Source of the DNA: Heterodontus francisci
Lineage: Eukaryota
Direction of reading: 5' to 3'
Assembly (NCBI RefSeq): GCF_036365525.1
Contig: NC_090393.1
Coordinates: forward strand, 54,514,488-54,578,487
DNA: 64,000 nt
A model generated the notes under the pieces. It made no database searches. It was given only the letters and a program-made list of their open reading frames with translations, and was not told the origin of the DNA. Within the stretch, counting starts at the first letter, position 1, and each line of letters starts with the position of its first letter. The position numbers and the translations under genes are program-made. Positions 51,961 to 64,000 of this stretch are shown here, one piece after another.

Positions 51961-54129
51961 AGTGCACCACTCCAGCTGCATGACTTCTCCTTTCCATTTG
52001 GCTACGTGCAGCTTTCCACACATATCTCTCAACATGACCTTTTGACATATTTCAGTGAAGATGACTATGATCCTTTTCAGCCCAGTCTTGACATTACATT
52101 TAGCCTTTGAGAAAAAAGTATTGCAAAGTTATTCATTAAAGCAAGCCATGAAAATGCTCTAAACCTTACAGAGGGACCAGTTAAATGCCGGAGAGCTGCT
52201 TCAGGATGGCGCACTGAAGTTGTCCTGCTGCCAGGAAAGTTTCTCAGTGGAGGGAATGGACTCACGGAGGCCAGCAGCCAAGTTGAATCAGTAATGGCCC
52301 AATTAAAGACTACTTTCCTGGTCCACTGGCATTCTCCCGCCACTTGTGAAGACTGCCAGCTGTATTGAGGCAGCCTCCCAGTGCCTTCCTGGAGGCTCCA
52401 TGGTGCAGATAGGGGGCCACCGGCAGCAAATTACACCCCAGTGGCCCCAGCACTGCCGCTGGACAAGTTTCCTCTTCGTTCTCCGGGCCCTGTCTCTCTG
52501 GCTCGCGTAAAAAATTATTTAATGCCCGCCCTTCCAACGGCATCTCAAAGTCCTCGTGTTCTCCTTGCTGCCTCAACAGCAGCCACCTCTGGCTCTTTAT
52601 TACCTCCTGGCAATATGGGGGCGGGGAGGTAGGAAAGAGCCCCGCCTCCTCCACAAAATCCAGCCCAGTGAGGATTCCGTTTGTTTCTGGTAAACTACTT
52701 TGAAAACGCTGGTTGAGTGGTCCCTCAATGGCCTTAATTGGCATCCCGCCAATGCTGGGAGGGGGAGGTTGCCGTCCACGCACCCAACCCACCCTGGGGA
52801 AGAGCGGCCGGAGTCGGGAACATGTCGGGGAGTCAGCCCCGCACTTCGCTTTCACAATTTCTATGGCCTCCACATCTCCAAAACTGCATTCACGAGGCTG
52901 GGAAAATTCAGTCCATGAATTCTTTGACCCTAAAGTTTCCTTAATCTGGAAGTCAAAAGTGTTACGGGCCTATTTTCAGCTTGACCTCACAAAAGTCCAG
53001 CCAACTGTGTCTGAAGCGCATCTGCTCATAGCAGGCTGGATCACAGTGAGAGGTCAGAGCGCCGTTATCTGGACTTTGCAAACTCATGCAGGCAAATACA
53101 GTCGTTTGGAGGCATTGTCCCTACGGACTGATCCCAAGATGGTTCTGCCCACTACTTGTACGATGAAATTTCCATCACAAGGTCAGTGCCTTCATCTTAT
53201 GATGCCATCTCGCTCTCTGCCTGCCGGATCCCCTTTTTCAGTGGGGCTGCCAGCCACCCCTCTGGCTCTCCTGTGTCTGTGTGCCAATTCCAAATTGGCA
53301 GCCTCCTGTAAAATTAAGCTGCGGGCAGCGCTCTGAAATGCATTGGGACCCAGAAATGGTCTCGCTGTTGGATTCCCGCTGCCTGCGGGAAAATTAAGCT
53401 CCATAAATCTTGGAAGAAGCGCTCAGTTGTATAACTGGAAACTATATTTTAAAAGTTTCTTCCAGTCAGTATTTCTAGTTAAACCACAAAGCATTTTGGG
53501 AATGGAAGAATCAAGAAATAACTTGCATCTATCGTGATGTTCACGACTTCAGAATGTGGCCAAGCGCTTCACCGCCAATGAGGTATGTTTGAACTGTAGT
53601 CAATGGTATAGTGTGAGGAAACCTGGCAGCCAATTTCCATATAGCCAACTCCCAGAAACAAAAATTAGATAAATTACGAGACTATCTGTTTTTAGTGGTA
53701 ACAAAGCAAAATTCTATGGATGGTGAAAATCTGAAATAAAAACAGAAAATGCTGGAAATACTCAGCAGGTCAGGCAGCATCTGTGAAGAGAGGAACAGAG
53801 ATAATGGGGGGAATTTTCCCAGCGTGTTTGGAGATAGGGGCTGGGAAAGTTGCAGGTTCCCCCACATGTTCCCACTTCCTCACACGTTTCCCGGAAGCTG
53901 CTTCAGCGCAGTAATAGCAACCCCAACAGCAGTAGAAAGTCAATTAAGGCTTATCAGCAACCAATTAGCAGCAATTTTTCCGCGTAGATGAGATTTTACC
54001 AACATCATATGGGACCCCTGCTTGTGTCTGCAGTTCGTCAGTGAAGAAAAGTGAAGAAAAAAAATGTGTCTAGAGAAGGTATAGGTGGAAAAGCAGAATC
54101 ATTAACAACAGCTGCCATCCAAAACCAAA

Positions 54130-55020
54130 AACCAAAAACACAAAACAGAATGGGGGCAGAGGTTATGATCTGAAATTGTCAAACTCAATGCTGAGTCCAG
54201 AGGGTTGTAAAGTGCTAATCAAAGATGTGCTTACGTTGAGCTCCACTGGAACACTGTAGTAGGTCGAGGACAGAAAGGACAGAGCAGGAGTGGAGTAGAG
54301 AATTAAAATTACAGACATCTGGAAGCTCAGGGTCATGCTTGTGAACTGAATGGAGGTGTTCTGCAAAGTGGTCACTCAATCTATGTTTAATCTCCCCAGT
54401 TTAGAGGAAACTGCATCATGTGCAGTTAATACAGTACACTAAACTGAAAGAAATACAAGTAAATCATTGTTTCAACAGGGAGAAGTGTTTGGTGGCTTGG
54501 ACAGTGAGAAGGGAGGATGTAAAAGGGCGTGTGTTGCATCTCCTGGGCTTGTATGGGAAGGTGCTGTGGGAAGGGGTGGGGGGTTTTGGGGATAATAGAG
54601 GAGTGGACAGGGTGAAATGATTAGTTCTTTGGGGATGCTGAAAGGGGAGGGGAAGGGAAGATGCGTTGGGTTGTGGCATTATGCTGGAGGTGGCTGCAAT
54701 GGCGGAGGCTGATGCATTGAATGTGAAGGCTGGAGAGGTGCAAGGTGAGGGCAAGGGGTATCCTATTGTGGTTTTCGGAGTGGGAGGGGCTGGGGTGGGG
54801 AAGGGATGAGAGCAGAAGTGTGGACAATCAAATGGACATGGACCTTGTCAACCATGGCGGAGGGCGAAATCCTTATTTAAGGAAAAAGGAATACATATCT
54901 GAATCACTGGTATGGAAGGTTGCACCATCAGAAAAGGTGCAATGGAAGATGAGTGAATGGAATGGAGTCCTTCAGGGAGTGGAATATGAGGAAGTTTAGT
55001 TGAGGTAGCTGTGGGAGTCA
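54130..55020 (-). mobile_element. Decayed Penelope-like element (GIY-YIG endonuclease region)
   Basis: Frameshifted minus-strand translation includes RIPLALT..., PRRCNT..., FTCISFSLVYCINC.*CSFL*TGEIKHRLSDHFAEHL, a GIY-YIG-like segment. Confidence 0.7.
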
Positions 55021-55023
55021 CTG

Positions 55024-56960
55024 GCCTGGTGACTTATCAACTTTAAGTACAGCCAGCCTATCTAAAACCTCATCTTTATCAATCTTTAGCCCAACCAGTG
55101 TCTGAACTACCTCCTCTTTCGCTATGACTTGTGCAGCATCTTCTTCCTTGGTAAAGAAAGATGCAAAGTACTCATTTAGTACCACTCCCTACCTCCATGT
55201 GTAAATCCTCTTTTAGATCCCTAATCTGACCCACTCCTCCTTTTAGCACCCTTTTACTATTTATATGCCTACAGAAGACTTTTGCATTCCCTTTTTTGTG
55301 AGCTGCCAGTCTCTTATACTCTCTCTTTGCTTCTCTTATTTGTTTTTCACTTTGCCTCTGTACCTTCTATATTCAGCCTGGTTCTCACTTGTGCTATCCA
55401 CTTGACATCTGTCAAATGCACCCTTTTTCTGCTTTATTTTACTGTCTATCTCTTTCTTCATCCAGGCATCTCCAGATTTGTTTGGCTTACCTTTCGCCTT
55501 TGTAGGAATGTACATTGACTGCACCCAGATTATCTCCTCTTTAAAGGCAGCCAATTGTTTTGCCACAGTTTTGCCTGCCAATCTTTGACTTCAATTTACC
55601 TGAGCCAAATTCATTCTCAACCCACTGAAATTGCCCCTCTCCCAATTAATTATTTTTACTCTGGATTGCCCTATTTCATAGCCAGTCTAAACCTTATGAT
55701 ACTATGAACACTGTCCTCTAAATGTTCCTCTACTGACATTTGATCCACTTGACCCATCTTATTCCCCAGAACCAGATCCAGCAATGCCTCCTTCATCATT
55801 GGACTGGAAATGTACTGATGTAGAAAATTCTCCTAAACACACTTTATAAACTCTTCTCTTTTTCTGTCCTTTGTACTATTAATATCCCAGTCTATATTAG
55901 GATAATTAAAGTCCCCCATAAATCGTTCACCTCTCTGTAATTCCCCTGCAAACTTGTTCCTCTATATCTTTCCCACTTTGGTTGCTTATAGAGTACACCA
56001 AGCAATGTACTGGTACCTTGATTGTTTCTTAGCTCTAACCAAATAGATTGTATCCTTGACCCATTTAGGACATCCTTTCTCTCCAGTACTGTAATGTTCT
56101 CTTCAATCAATACTGCTATCCCTCCTCTTTTCTTTCCTTCCTTATTTTTCCTGAACATCTTTTATCCGGGAATATTCAGTACCCAGTTCTCCCCTTTTTT
56201 GAGCCAGGTCTTCATTGTCACCATGACATCATTTTTTCAAGTGGCTATCTGCACCTGCAGCTCACTAACCTTATTAACCACACTCAACATATTCACATAT
56301 ATACACAGTAAATCTAATTTAGACTCTATTACATTCCTTGTTACTCTGACCGCATCTAATACCTTGCTATTTCCTACTCTCGTGCTATTTGGCTCTCCCA
56401 ATTCTCTGAGGTTTTCCTCTCTAATATGACCTCCTGGTTCTCACACCCCTGCCAATTTAGTTTAGACCCTCCTCAATCCAACCCACTAGTAAATCACCTC
56501 TCAAGGGCATTGGGCCCGGCTGTGTTCAGGTGCAACCTGTACGGTCGGTACAGGTTCCCCAGAATCAGTCTCTCTGTCACAGGAATCTAAAGCCCTCCCT
56601 CTTGCACAATCTTTTTCAGCCATGCATCCAACTGCTCTATCCTCCTATTTCTAAATTCACTTACACATGATACTGGGAGTAATCTGAAGATTACCTTTCA
56701 GATCCTGCTTGCTACTTTCTTTCATAGCTCCCTAAATTTTGCCTGCAGGACCTCATCCCTCTTCCTACCTATGTCATTGCCATGGATATGGACCACGACC
56801 GTTAGTTGTTTACCCCCACCCCGTAGTACTCTGCATCTGCTCAGTGACCTCCTTGACCCTGACACCAGTGAGGGAACATACCATTCAGAATTCATGTTAG
56901 CAGCTGCAGAAATGCCTGTTGGCTCCCTTAACTATTGAATCCCCTATCACTGTTGCTTTT
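55024..56960 (-). mobile_element. Decayed CR1 LINE (EN region and upstream)
   Basis: KRGGIAVLIEENI...SIWLELRN...LLGVLY (ORF 55892..56158). Confidence 0.75.
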
Positions 56961-57685
56961 CCAATCGCTCTTGCCTTCCACCCTCTCAGAGACCTTTCCT
57001 TTTGTTCTATCTGCCCTTCCCCTTCCCTTGCCTGTATGCTTGCTTCTAACCAGTTATATCTCTAACTTCTTTTGCAGTTCTGATGAAATGTCATTGACCT
57101 GAAATGTCAACTCTGTTTCTCTGTACACAGATGCAGCTTGACTTGCTGAGTATTCCCAGCATTTTCTATTTTAACAGTGTTGATTGAGTACGAAATGTTG
57201 GCCAGGGCTTTGGAAGAAACCCCTGTTCTTTTTGGAACGGTGCTGTTGGACCTTTTACATCCAACTAAGTGGGCTGCACTTTAAAAGTCCGCCACCGAAG
57301 TAGGTGGTGGGCATAGAAAATGTGCCCCACCTGGACAGGCATTGCATCACAGAGCCGCCACAATTTCAAACGTGGCGGCTCATTTGCATAGCTGCATTGC
57401 CCGCCCCCTATGATTACATAGAGGGGTGGGCGAGCCATTGCAGGCAAAGGCGTCCGGTGCCAAAGCGCAGGCACCAGTGCTATTTTTAAAGGGATTACAT
57501 CCCTTAATGGAGATTTTAAAATTAAAGGGCCAGGTCAGTTCAATGATCAAAAAAAAAAGAATTAAATTGCCATTAACTTCATTTTCACACCCCTTAATGG
57601 CATTTCAAAACATTCCTGCCCTTCTTCCACCACCCCGGGCACTTTGTTTATGGGATGTGGGCGTCACTAGGTAGGCCAGAGTTTA

Positions 57686-58014
57686 TCAGATACCACTGGA
57701 TCTCGTGATACTTGTTTGAAGTGGGTTTGCCAGAGTTCCATGTTTAACCCTGCAGGAATAAAGCTCGTGTGCGTTCCACTCGGAGGTGGACTGGGTCAGA
57801 TAACTGCTCACACTATACGTCTGGCCAGAGTCCTGTAAAGTTGAACTGATCTGGACGCCCGCCTCTCTGACTTTGCCGTCCATACTCCACACAACTTTCA
57901 TAGAATCCGGGTAAAAATTATTTGCCAAACACACCAGGGTCACCGTGTTGGCTGCTGCAATCTGCTCCTTTGTGGGAGGAAGAAGCAACACTGTGGGATT
58001 GGCTGGCTGACAAC
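57686..58014 (-). CDS. IGLC: Immunoglobulin light chain constant (C1-set) exon, lambda-like; possibly a pseudogene
   Basis: Acceptor cattttccttttag|, phase 1. Encodes xCQPANPTVLLLPPTKEQI...TVTLVCLANNFYP...VVW..DG...YSVSSYLT...EWNAHELYSCRVKH...NPLQTSITRSSGI*, with C1-set hallmarks (LVC, FYP, W, YSCxVxH) and a light-chain-length terminus. The terminal Cys is replaced by Gly. Confidence 0.9.
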
Positions 58015-58869
58015 CTAAAAGGAAAATGGGTTGCATTAATTATGAGTTCATTTACATAGATCTGTGTAATTGAATTATAACAAAAGCAAAATATTGTGGA
58101 TGCTGGAAATCCGAAATAAAGACAGAAATGCTGAAAATACTCAGTAGGTCTGGCAGCATCTGTGGAGAAAGAGTTAACCATCTGAATTTTTTGGAAGAGT
58201 GTCAAGTCCCGCCACCCGGGCTGAAAGAGGAAGCCGAGAATCTGGTTGGCCATGGAGTGTCCATCAAGGAGACTTCCCGCCCTCCCCACCCCCCCAAACA
58301 CTTGGAGGCCCCCCCTGTTTACATGACAGTCTCCTCACGAGGCAGCGGACCCTCCTAACGCTGGTAAAATGCTGGTGGGGGCAGGAAGACATCGGCTCCC
58401 CTCCCAATGCCTTCCCCCGTCATACTGCCAGACCTCCCAGCTTCCATCTGGCTCCAAAGGGCTGGGAAAATTCAGCCCAATTTTCAGGTCCATCAGGTCC
58501 TTTCATCAGAGGCTGCTTTTGCTGACAATGCAACCACTAGGTGGTACAGTATTTGCACATGCGCAATTGCAGGCTCTTCAACTGGAAGGTCAGCGTCTGC
58601 CATGTTCAGGCAGCTGCCAGGATTAAAGATGGCACTGCTCAATTTATCACAGGAAATGCTTATGGTCAAATGTTCTAGCAAACTAACCTTACATTAAAAT
58701 TAAAGCAAAATACTGCGGATGTTGGAAATCTAAAATAAAAACAGAAAGTACTGGAAAAACTCAGCAGGTCTGGCAACATCTGTGGAGAGACAAGCAGAGT
58801 TAACGTTTCAGGTCAGTGACCCTTCTTCTGTTCTTCTTTTGAGTTTTTCCAGCACTTTCTGTTTTTATA

Positions 58870-60650
58870 ATCTTACATTAAGTTGGATGGAAGCCCAGTA
58901 ATATGCTATGTCATTATAGGATACTAATTGTAATCCTCAGATCCAGTTAATATTCCAGTAATCCTATTAAATACAAAAGGAATTTTATGATTTAATTTCC
59001 ATTGGAAGATAGTGAATTGGCATCCTGATCCATGGAAAAGAAAATCAGGCGCAATATAAAATGTGCTGCCAATTGGTCAGCAGTCCGCTGCGTTATCAGG
59101 CGTCACTTTGTTATATGAAAGGTTGGACGAATGAAAAATCGAAGCCTCAATAGGTATGCAAATGACTTTCTTTCTGAAAGCGTCCATTGGACGGCCGAAC
59201 AATGATCAGTTTCTGGCAACCAATTGTGTCAGTAATACTGTTTCAAAGCAGGACAAATCACAAATTGACCTTTTAAACTGCGCAAGATATTGCTCGTTTA
59301 GTTATCATTGCTACATTTAGTTAAAACCAGGTATATCGGAGGACCCCCTATATAGCAGTACATTTAAACTGCTTATTATTATTCAGTAGGATCGGAATCG
59401 TGCTCTATTTTAGTTTTCGGAAGGTGTAAAACAATGCAAATAATCTTCATTGATAATATAGTAAACTCGAACATATATACAGTTTCTATATATATACATA
59501 TATAGCGTTGGGAAGCTATTTTGTCATTTGCAAGCTCCGTTTGCCCCTTTGTTGAATGGCCAATGGATTGAATGCCCTCATCCGAAAAACAGATGATGTT
59601 ACGAGCATTTAACATGTTAACTTTCCTGAACCTTCCCTTGCTACCACAATGCTACAGTTTCCTTGAATTTATATATTTCCACCAAAAAGTGAGTTTCAGA
59701 ATTTCTGAGCTTTCAGATTTTTACGCTGGCAGAAATAATCTTCACGCTACTTGATCTCGGTACAGGGTGTCATGAAGTCACAATCACAAGATATTTCGCA
59801 CCAACACTGATCTTCCGCTGATGGAGAGGAAGGACAGAGAGGTGACACGTTTAGGTTTGATATTTAGAGTAGGACACAAATTTTCTTCTGAACATTCCAC
59901 GCAACACAGAAGTTCTAGTTGTCGTGAATCGAATAATCACAAAGGATTTGTCTTTTGAATGGAACGAACCACTGATGAAGCGATTTACTGTATAAGTTCT
60001 GCAAGCTATAATTTTCAGTGCATTGAGCTGATGAGTTTCTTATATGTAGTTATATTAATAAAACGGAGAATTTGCAACTTAAAATATGTAGTAATATCGA
60101 TATCTTAAAGCGGCTGACATCTGCGAATGTATCCTGTTTCGCTTCCTATTTACGGTACATCGACTGCAATTATATCCATTCTTAGAATGGGGAATCCCCG
60201 GGCAGCATCTGTTAGAGATATGAAAGTGCTGTCGAATTCTTGATTAAATGGCTCATTCAAGAAGCTAGGCAAATATTGTAGATTTTTTTTAGCAAATAAA
60301 CATCCAATTCCATCACACACACATTTATTTTAACATTGTTACGTTGGTGTCGGATATCCCATCTGCGCAATCCATATTTTTAAACGTAGGAAAGAATATA
60401 TTTGGAACAACTTGAAGAAAAGTCACTTCTTGCAACGTTAATTCTTACATATTTTATCGTGTAAAAACTATTTGCAGTCGTGATTTCTTTGCCGTTTCCG
60501 GTTTGAGTTGATGTTGCCTTACTTTACACGTGTTTTCCACTGTAGCGCAATCACCCTCAAGGAACGGCTACATTGTGGTGGAATACTGTATCACTGTCTC
60601 CGTGTAATGCACTTTCCTTATCTTATGTCATTAAATATTGCAAAGTGCGT
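58870..60650. promoter_or_regulatory. Candidate Ig light-chain (J-C intron-type) enhancer region
   Basis: Repeat-free, CpG-retaining block upstream of the C exon. It carries octamers ATGCAAAT (59156, 59434), EICE GGAAGCGAAA (minus strand, 60137-60146), NF-kB GGGGAATCCCC (60189-60199) and CATCTG E-boxes (60118, 60206, 60360). Confidence 0.5.
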
Positions 60651-60659
60651 TTAAATCGT

Positions 60660-62030
60660 TGCAAATCGTGTTTAACTAACTTGATTGAGTTATTTGATGA
60701 GGTACCAGAGAGGGTTGATGAGGATAATAAGGTCGCATGGACTTCCAAAAGGCTTTGATAAAGTGCCACATATTAGGCTTGTCCTTTGTTATCTCTTGCC
60801 CAACCCCCACCTCACTTGTTTATAATCTGTGACTTTTCTAATATTTGTCAGTTCCGAAGAAGGGTCACTGACCCGAAACGTTAACTCTTCTCTTTGGTTA
60901 TCTCTTGCCCCACCCCCGCTTTAGTTGCTTAAAACCTATTACATTTCCAGTGTCTGCCAGTTCGGATGAAGGGTCACTGACCTGAAATGCTAACTCTGCT
61001 TCTCGCTCCACAGATGCTGCCAGACCCGCTGAATATTTCCAGCATTTCTTGTTTTTATTTCAGATTTCCAGCATCTGCAGCATTTTGCTTTTATTATTAT
61101 TATGGCCAAAAGTATACCCTGGTGTTCCCCAGTGGTTGATACCAAGCCCATTGCTTTTCTTGATATAGATTAATGACTTAGACTTGGGTGTACAGGGCAT
61201 CATTTGAAAATTTGCAGATAATACAAAACTTGGAAATATAGTGAGCTGTGAGGAGGATGGTGATAAACTTCAAGAGGGCAGAGGTAGGCTGGTGGAATGG
61301 GCAGATGAAATTTGAGGCCAAAAAGTGGTAGGAAGAACATGGAGAGGCAATATAAACTAAAGGGTGTGATTGTAAAGGTGGTGCAGGAACAGAGAGACCT
61401 TGGGGTAAATGTGCACAAATTGTTGAAGGTGGCAGGGCAAGTTGAGAAATTTAACAAGTACAAAGGATCATAAAATAGTGGTTTGGCCTCAACTGGAATT
61501 GTGTGCAGTTCTGGGCACCACACTTTAGGAAGGATGTGAAGCCTTTAGAGAGGGTGCAGAAAAGATTTATGAAAATGGTTCGAGGGATGAGGGACTTCAG
61601 TTATGTAGATAGATTGGAGAATCTGGGATTGTTCTCTTTAGAGAAGAGAAGGTTGAGAGGAACTTCGATAGAGGTGTTCAAAACATACACAGTCTAGACA
61701 GAGTATATGGAGAAAAATTGTTCCTATTGGCAGAAAGGTTGAGAACCAGAGGACACAGATTTAAAGTGATTGAGAAAAGAACCAAAGGCAACGTGAGGAA
61801 AAATCTTTTTATGCAGCCAATGATTATGATCTGGAATGCAGTGCCTGAAAGGGTGTTGGAAGCAAATTTAATTGTTCCTTTAAAAAAGGAATTGGATAAG
61901 CACCCAAAGGGAAAAAATTGATAGGCTATGGGCAAAGGGCAGAGAAGCGGAACTAGCTAAATTGTTCTTGCATAGAGCCAGCATGGACTGAATGGGCTGA
62001 ATGACCTTCTGTGCTGGAATCATTCTATGA
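60660..62030 (+). mobile_element. CR1 LINE 3' part with a nested Penelope terminal repeat
   Basis: KSCLTNLIELFDEV, QFWAPHFRKDV, RTRGHRFKV. Confidence 0.8.
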
Positions 62031-62036
62031 GTCTAT

Positions 62037-64000
62037 AGGCAGAATTTTACCTGCCCTGTGGTGATGGAAATGGAGACAGGGGACCTAGTAAAATGGCCTG
62101 GGACAGCGGCAGGCCTGCTGCTGAGCAATTTTATGCAGTGCAACAGGTCAATGGCTGACAGATTGGCAGCAGGCAGGTAATTAAGCCTGTTAAACAGGCA
62201 ATTGTCTGATTCAATTTTGTGAAAGGTGCACGAGTTTCCTGGAGACTCAGTGTCTCAGCTTCATGGAGATGTCCAAGCACCAATGTCTATGAAGACTGCG
62301 TCTCAGCAGGCAGGTGATGGTGGAGCTGTATGGTAGGCTGGAGCAGGTGTTGATGCCATTGGGAAGTGATGGACAACCAATGCCCGTAGCATCAAAATGT
62401 AGCGTTGGCACTCAATTTTGTTTTTGCCTATGGTTCATTCCAGGATTATCCACAGATCTATGTGGCATTTTTCAGTCAGTAGCCCATCACTGCATGAAGG
62501 AAGCCACAGATGCCATGTACTGTCAGGCTGGCCAATATATCAAGTTCACAAACGATCAGGCCAGTCAGGTTGACAAGGCAGTCAGCTTCGGGGCATGGCT
62601 GGATTTCCTTAGGAGCAGGTGGTCATGACTCTACACATGTGGCCATCAAGGCTCCTTCAGAGTAGCCTTTGTGAACAGGAAGGGGTTCCACTCCCTGAAT
62701 GTTCAATTCATCTGCAACCACCATAAATGGATCATGCAGGTGTGCGCAAGGTTTCCAGGAAACTGTCATGAATCCTACATCCTTAGACAATCCCAGTGCC
62801 TCAGCTGTTCAGACCACCCTAACATCTTCATGGTCAGATCCTGTGGGATGAGGGGGTACACACTCAGACACGGCTTCTGACCATTGTACACAACACCCAC
62901 ACACAGACAGAAGACACATATGACCACTGCCGTATGACTACAAGGGCCACCATCAAGCAGACTATTGGCCTTCTGAAGATGAGGTTTAGGTGCCTTGATA
63001 GCTCTAGGGGAGCCATGCAATATGTGTCCTCAAGTATATCCTGCATCATTGTTATCTGCTGCATATTTCACAACCTGTTGCTCCAGAAGGGAGTAGTGCT
63101 GGAGCCAGAGGAAGACACTGAACAAGCCGCTACCTCAGAGGAGGAAGATAAGCATGAAGTACCTCAACAGCTGACAGTCAATGGAAATGGTGCCACGCGG
63201 CCCAGACCATTGGGCAGTGACATGCATGGCAGGGAGACTTGTGTCTCTCTGATCAGCAGACACTTCACATGAGGTCAAGTGCAAGGGGACACTGAAATAG
63301 AAGTTCTCTCCCAGAGGCAGGCTTGCTGACCTTTTATAAGAGGATGCTACCCATCTCTCTGTACCAGTCATCACTATGTGACAAGGCCTTCTGTCAACAC
63401 AGGCATGCATGAGGTGCTCACCTTCACACACCATCCGTATATTTGATTCCTCATCTTTCCATTGCCAACTGGTACTCAAAAATGAATACATGGGTCATTA
63501 TCCATTGCATCACAAAACCTTTAACTCTAATAGCATATTAAAGGTTTCTGCATTGAACAAATAATTATCAACCATTGAAACACCAAGTGTCAGTCCATGC
63601 ATTTATGTGCTCACTCATGGTACTTCTACGGGATGTTCTCCCTGCACCTGAAGTTGATGTGGGCCAGCCTGCTGCCTTTCTTGCTCCAGTGCATGAGATG
63701 GCCATGACTTGTGTCCTCTGGGTGCCTGAGCCCTACTGGAACCCAGAACATTCAGGGCCACCTGTATCCGTGCAGGGGCCGCCTCAATTATCAGATGAGC
63801 ATGCAGCATTGATATCTCTGTCCAAGGGGCCGACGGTCAGCCTTCAGTAATCGAAGCCCCCAATGCCTTCAGCCTGTCCCTCCTTAACCCTTTCAGGCCC
63901 CACATGCACTACTGTGGTTGCCTGCAGTGTGTCACATCCTGGCAATGGGGAGATGCGTGGCTGGCCCATCTTGAACACCCATCACTCCATACATCTCATG
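62037..64000 (+). mobile_element. Decayed PIF/Harbinger transposon (runs off the window)
   Basis: Left TIR AGGCAGAATTTT. Frameshifted DDE transposase: DLCGIFQSVAHHC, NRKGFHSLNVQFICNH, ARFPGNCHESYIL, TRATIKQTIGLLKMRFRCLD, CCIFHN. Confidence 0.85.

Noticed and set aside
52077-53537. Overlapping 80-207 aa ORFs
   Set aside because: They lie largely in GC-rich MITE-like sequence (TIR-like end GGGAAAATTCAGTCC at ~52900) and have no recognisable domain or splice structure.
59600-59817. Strong minus-strand acceptor (ctctgtccttcctctccatcag) upstream of the C exon
   Set aside because: All three frames stop within ~25 codons and show no Ig features; at most this is a non-coding or sterile-transcript exon.
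58015-64000. V or J segment or RSS belonging to the light-chain C exon
   Set aside because: I found no FGxGTxL segment and no heptamer-12/23-nonamer. The best candidate (minus-strand TACAGTG-23-ACATCAACT near 60506-60544) lacks the essential CAC and has a poor nonamer. Any VJ must lie outside the window.

Overview
This is a repeat-dense vertebrate genomic window. The V-SINE/HE1-type SINEs, CR1, L2 and Penelope families and the light-chain sequence point to a cartilaginous fish (shark). Most ORFs in the track are retroelement debris. I can support three main elements. (1) A four-exon, minus-strand gene (21855..15293), assembled here by splice phase, encodes a ~243-aa type I membrane protein with one germline 'VJ-type' IgSF V domain (DSGTYFC ... 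GNGSRLLV), an uncharged TM and an ITIM tail (ITYATL, plus degenerate IVYSDP). It looks like an inhibitory CD28/PD-1/NKp30-like receptor. (2) An Ig light-chain (lambda-like) constant exon (58014..57686, minus strand) lies ~36 kb upstream of that gene. It lacks the C-terminal inter-chain Cys and is preceded by a repeat-free block with EICE, NF-kB, octamer and E-box motifs; no V, J or RSS is visible in the window. (3) An RTE-clade LINE with an intact 1063-aa ORF is flanked by a perfect 67-bp target-site duplication. Also present are a tRNA-Lys(UUU) pseudogene, Harbinger elements and MITEs (3-bp TSD), hAT MITEs (8-bp TSD), two probable solo LTRs, Penelope terminal repeats with minimal hammerhead-ribozyme motifs, and a 78-bp locally templated insertion. 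All splice models are predictions from sequence alone.
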